Assembly (NCBI GenBank): GCA_964016885.1
Contig: OZ024753.1
Coordinates: 1,054,001 to 1,118,000, forward strand
From: Eledone cirrhosa
Lineage: Eukaryota
DNA: 64,000 nucleotides
Direction: 5' to 3'
Notes under the pieces: generated by a model
The model's database searches: none
Told to the model about the DNA's origin: nothing
The model's input: only the letters and a program-made list of their open reading frames with translations
Translations under genes and position numbers: made by a program
Shown here: one piece after another, positions 58,632-64,000 of the stretch
How positions within the stretch are numbered: position 1 is the first letter of the stretch
Layout: each line of letters starts with the position of its first letter

Positions 58632-60155
58632 ATCTTAATACACAACTGGTATGCCTTTTATCACAGGCCTTGCTCAATCAGGCCTGGATTGGGGTTAATC
58701 AACAACGATCATGACCGGATTGTGAATTTGTCTCACCTAGAGTGTTGGCTCTTAATCTTAAACCATAGCAAGCTTTCCCAAGCCCTTGAAGATAAACTAA
58801 AAGATGAAAGACATTCATGAAAATCCCCAAATAATTTATTTTTTATTTTTGTAACACCTTCTTCGCAATATTATCACAAATAGTCAACAATATTAATATA
58901 GATTACAGCAAAAAATACCTGGGGCGGATTTGGAAGTGAGGAAATAGATGTTTGTTTTTATGAACTAACACTTCATAATTGATAAAAAAAAAAAATAATA
59001 AAAGAATTACGTTCTGCGGGACTATCTTTTTCTTTTTTCTGTTTTTTTCTTCTTTACATAACTTACGTATGATGATACCCAACACGTTAAATGGTTTTGT
59101 TTTTCATTTGTCAATATTTTCTCATTCACACTTGTCTCCCGGTTCATTTGTTCACTGTCTGTCGGTTTGTGTCCACTGAAAACGAATCAATCTATCCTTT
59201 AGCAGCCGACAATATTTCCTCCGTCACTAAGAAAAAAAAAAACAACAAAAAACGAAGCAAAATAAATAAAATAAAATAAAAATAAAAAACAGAAACAGAA
59301 AAACTAAATATCAAGTAAGAATCAAGAAAAAAAATCTAAGATAAAAATATTTCCGATATTCAGTAATATGTTGAGTATTCCCACAAAAAAAAGTAAAAGA
59401 AAAGGAAAAATAAGAAAGTAAAAACCAAACGAAAAACAAAATAGCGGAAGTAGGGTGGAAAATCGTTTCGTTTCGTTTGTCCTTCATTATCACTTCATTT
59501 TTTTTTTTATTGATCTGCCCTTAATACTGGGGTAGTTGCGGACAGTGTGACAATTACTCCTTTCCCTGTTGACTTTTTACATCGGCTCATTTCAGTGCAA
59601 TTATCAACGGAAACACCATGTTAATGACTTTTCCGAGTAAGATCGCAGTCATTTTATTTACAACACAAACTTGTGGTACAGTGGTATGAACAAACATCAT
59701 CAATTGATTTCTACAATTGTGACTTCAATTTTTATCTTTATTTTATTCTCTTTGATTTCTGTTCATTATTTCTTTTTTTTTTAATTTTCGTTGGTCTTTT
59801 CTTCTTTTCTTTGAATTTTTGATCGTTTTGTCTTTTTAAATCAATTTGATTTGGGGAAAAAGTAAAATAGTAGAAATTAATTAAAAAAACAACTTTTAAA
59901 AATGATTTTAAAAGATATTTATTGTTTCTTTATAATATTGCTATAAGCAAATAAAAGAAGACTTTAGGTTGTTGCTACTGTTGTTGTTGTCTTTGTTATT
60001 ATGGCAATGGATTGGCAGAACGTTGGACAAATGCTCAACAGTATTTGTTCCAGCTCTTTACATTCTGAGTTAAAATCTCGCCATGGTCAGCTTTGTCTTT
60101 CATCCTTAAGGGGTCGATAAAATATAGTACCAGTAACCTACTGGAGTTGATTTAA

Positions 60156-60220
<65 letters not shown>

Positions 60221-60228
60221 CCTCTCTC

Positions 60229-60264
<36 letters not shown>

Positions 60265-60781
60265 GTCTGCGACTTCACAGAACTTATGTTTACCGAATTC
60301 GCAGACCAGACCCCTTCTTTCTCCCGTTAGACCTGTGCGAAATTCCTTCCTTGCTCACATTTCAACCAGGTTTGATGGTCTTTATTCTCTCGTTCACGAT
60401 TTCACCGAATTTATATTCATAGAAATCTGGGACTTGTCTCTTTCTTCATCACTTTCTGTTGCTTAAACCATTTTATTTGTTTACCCTAGCGTCCCCTTTA
60501 TTTACGTGTCCCAACGACTTTTTTTAGCCGTTGCTCGCACCAACCTGAGGTATATATATATATATATATATATATATTAATAAAAGGAATTCCAACTTTG
60601 TCTGATTTACTCGTTTTATTTACAATCCTTTAAAATTTATAATGGTATTAGAATGAAATAGTATGGTAGAATATTAAATGTTAATTGAACAAGTACTTTC
60701 ATGCTTTCGCAATCTTCAGGTTCATAATGTGTGGTGACAGTCAAATTTGCAATTTTCAACTTGACTGTCACCACACATTAT

Positions 60782-60818
60782 GAACCTGAAGATTGCGAAA
60801 GCCTGAAAGTACTTGTTC
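60782..60818 (+). ncRNA. Minimal hammerhead motif (better-paired mirror copy on - at 60687-60723)
   Basis: gaac CTGAAGA t tgc gaaa gc(a/c) t GAAA gtac TT gttc. GNRA-capped stem II, palindromic AAGTACTT stem III. Confidence 0.65.
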
Positions 60819-60972
60819 AATTAACACTTAACATTTAATATTCTATCATACTATTTCATTCTAATACCATTGTAAATTTTAAAGGATTGTAAATAAAACG
60901 AGTAAATCAGACAAAGTTGGAATTCCTTTTATTAATATAATCTTCTATACACAATCATACACACCCGTGTAC

Positions 60973-61056
<84 letters not shown>

Positions 61057-61227
61057 TGAAGTAAAAGTTAAGTGGAAATATCCAAGAGTAAGAGCACTCA
61101 GTCCATAGGACGAGTTTTGTATAGATAATTACAACAGTGACATAAACAGGTACTCAAGTTTCGCTGGGTTCTGGGCCCCAATTTCTTCAGCCTGTCATGA
61201 GAAAAATGTAAAACCTATTTCTCATGA

Positions 61228-61275
61228 CAGGCTGAAGAAATTGGGACCCAGAACCCAACGAAACTTGAGTACCTG
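61228..61275 (+). ncRNA. Type I hammerhead ribozyme motif (mirror copy on - at 61147-61194)
   Basis: cagg CTGAAGA aa ttggg acccagaa cccaa c GAAAC ttga GTA cctg. All three stems pair, GUA cleavage triplet. Confidence 0.8.
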
Positions 61276-61586
61276 GTTATGTCACTGTTGTAATTATCTA
61301 ACTATCTCTCTCTCTCTATATATATATATATATGTTAGGTAATTCCGAAGGAAAAGCAAAGGAAAAAAGAGTGCTCTATGTATAGAACAGAGCTATTTAA
61401 TCAGAAAGTGAACAACACAAAATATAACTACTCCATTACCAAAGGTTTCTGGATCACAGACAATATTACTATACGTCTGGATCGGTCGTCAGCCACAGAT
61501 GTTATCTCTGACGACTGATCCAGACATTATTACTATACGTCTGGATCTGGATCGGTCATCAGACAGAGATGTTATGGATAAAAAAA

Positions 61587-61652
61587 TCTGTCTGATGACC
61601 GATTCAGACGTATATTTATATTGTCTGGGATCCAGAAACCTTTGGTAATGGA
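61587..61652 (+). ncRNA. Type I hammerhead-like motif (mirror CTGACGA copy on - at ~61430-61490)
   Basis: tctgt CTGATGA ccgattcagac...gtctgggatcca GAAAC c ttt g GTA atgga. Confidence 0.6.
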
Positions 61653-61690
61653 GTAGATATATTTTGTGTTGTTCACTTTCTAATTATATA

Positions 61691-61963
<273 letters not shown>

Positions 61964-62101
61964 AGGTGTCTGGACTATATATATATATATTAGTCCAGAC
62001 ACTAGACTATATATATATATATATATAGTCTAGACACTGGACTATATATATATATATTAGTCCAGACACCTGACTATATATATATATTAGTCCAGACACC
62101 T

Positions 62102-62143
<42 letters not shown>

Positions 62144-62570
62144 CAGACACTGGACTTAAATCACATATAATTGTTTCTACTTTTGGCACAAGGCCAGCAA
62201 TTACCCAGTACATTACTGCTACTTTATTTTATCGACCCCGTAAGGATGAAAGGCAAAGTCAACCTTGGCACGATTTGAACTCAGAATGGCAAGGGGGACT
62301 TAAATCTCATATAATAGTATACAATAGGTCACTTCCTACTGATAGGATATATCTACAAGTTCACTCTTATCAATGCCACATAAGCCGCAAGATCTGAAAA
62401 TATCAAGGAGGTCTAAAAAGACATTTCAAAGTTCAAGGTCAGACAACACAGACAGTTCAAGCTGCACCAAAACTAATGTGCAATTTATCTGGATGCTTTC
62501 TTAAAAATATGTCTACATAAAATCTCCATAAAATCTACATAAAATCTCATACCAGAACTAAGTATCACGT

Positions 62571-62621
<51 letters not shown>

Positions 62622-63197
62622 AGATATTTTATATGCATATATGTTTATGCCTTTATTAATATTTGGAAGTTTTATATATGATGCGTGGTTGTAGAGGCGT
62701 GAGTGTATATAAACATACCACCCGGTATTTATACAAAAGACATTAAACGGTTTACACCCAACATGTCTAACTTCCTTCCACCTTTCCTAGATTTAATATA
62801 TATATATATATATATATATATGATGTGTGTGTGTGTGTATGTGTATGTATATGTGTATATGTATATGTATATATGTGTGTATGTATAGGTGTATATTTGT
62901 ATGTATATGTGTATATATGTATGTATATGTGTATATATGTATGTATATGTGTGTGTATGTATATGTGTATATGTGTGTATGTATATGTGTATATATGTAT
63001 GTATATGTGTATATGTATATGTATATATATGTATATGTGTATGTATATATATGTATATGTGTATGTATATATATATGTATGTATATGCATGTATAGGTAT
63101 GTATATGTATGTATATGTGTAGAAATATGTATATGTATGTATATATATATATATATATATTGTATATGTATGTATATATATATATCTATATATATAC

Positions 63198-63229
<32 letters not shown>

Positions 63230-63259
63230 GTATACATATATATATATATACATATATAA

Positions 63260-63316
<57 letters not shown>

Positions 63317-64000
63317 CATACATACATATATATATATATACATATATACATATATATATACATATATACATATATACATATATATATATACATATATACA
63401 TATATACATATATACATATATACATATATACATATATACATACATACATATATACATATATATATACATATATACATATATATATATATACATATATATA
63501 CATATAAATATATGTATGTATGTGTATATGTGTGTATAATAAGAGTTCTCGTGGAGGTTTTGTTTGGTCAATTATACATCGTTCTCACACCTTTGCAGTG
63601 AGATCAAAGATTTATTTGTATCGGTGAAAGAGGAAGAGGGGGAGAGAAGCAGGCCCTGAGGTCACTGAAATCGATGTTTGCTTGCACTGAGGAGAACATT
63701 CCGTCTGTTGTACCCCCACTACGTATCACTACATATCACCTTTCGCCCACCACTGTTACCACCAACAAAACCACCAAATCCAATGCCACCAACACCAGCA
63801 GCATCATCAATACCACCCACACTACCACCACCACTATCACCAACATCACCAACATCACCACTATCACCAACACCACCACCATCACCAACACCACCATTAC
63901 CAACATCATCAATACCACCAATGCCACCGAACACTACCACCACCACCACCATCACCAACATCACCAACGCCACCAACGCCAATGCCACCCACACCACCAC

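Noticed and set aside
59500-59720. Possible coding exon in a less AT-rich patch
   Set aside because: Only short frames, with no convincing splice pair or recognisable motif.

Overview
AT-rich, microsatellite-saturated animal DNA, most likely octopus/coleoid cephalopod (inferred from the repeat landscape and SINE type, not proven). Two spliced genes can be reconstructed by eye: the last two coding exons of a UBAP1-like gene (+, 1975-2878) and a 4-exon, ~583-aa secreted multi-chitin-binding (peritrophin-A/CBM14) protein (-, 29191-10388). The rest is repeats: about 20 copies of a tRNA-derived Deu/Nin-domain SINE, RTE, R4/Dong-like and Tx1 LINE fragments, a hAT relic, MITEs, minisatellites, and a Penelope-like GIY-YIG relic. 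The most striking signal is a high density of short foldback (head-to-head inverted) elements sitting in or against (TA)n tracts. Most carry type I hammerhead ribozyme motifs, often on both strands, and they come from several unrelated sequence families. They look like non-autonomous, TA-microsatellite-associated Penelope-type 3' ends. Most ORFs in the supplied track are microsatellite artefacts. All alignments and folds were done by eye and coordinates of repeat edges are approximate.
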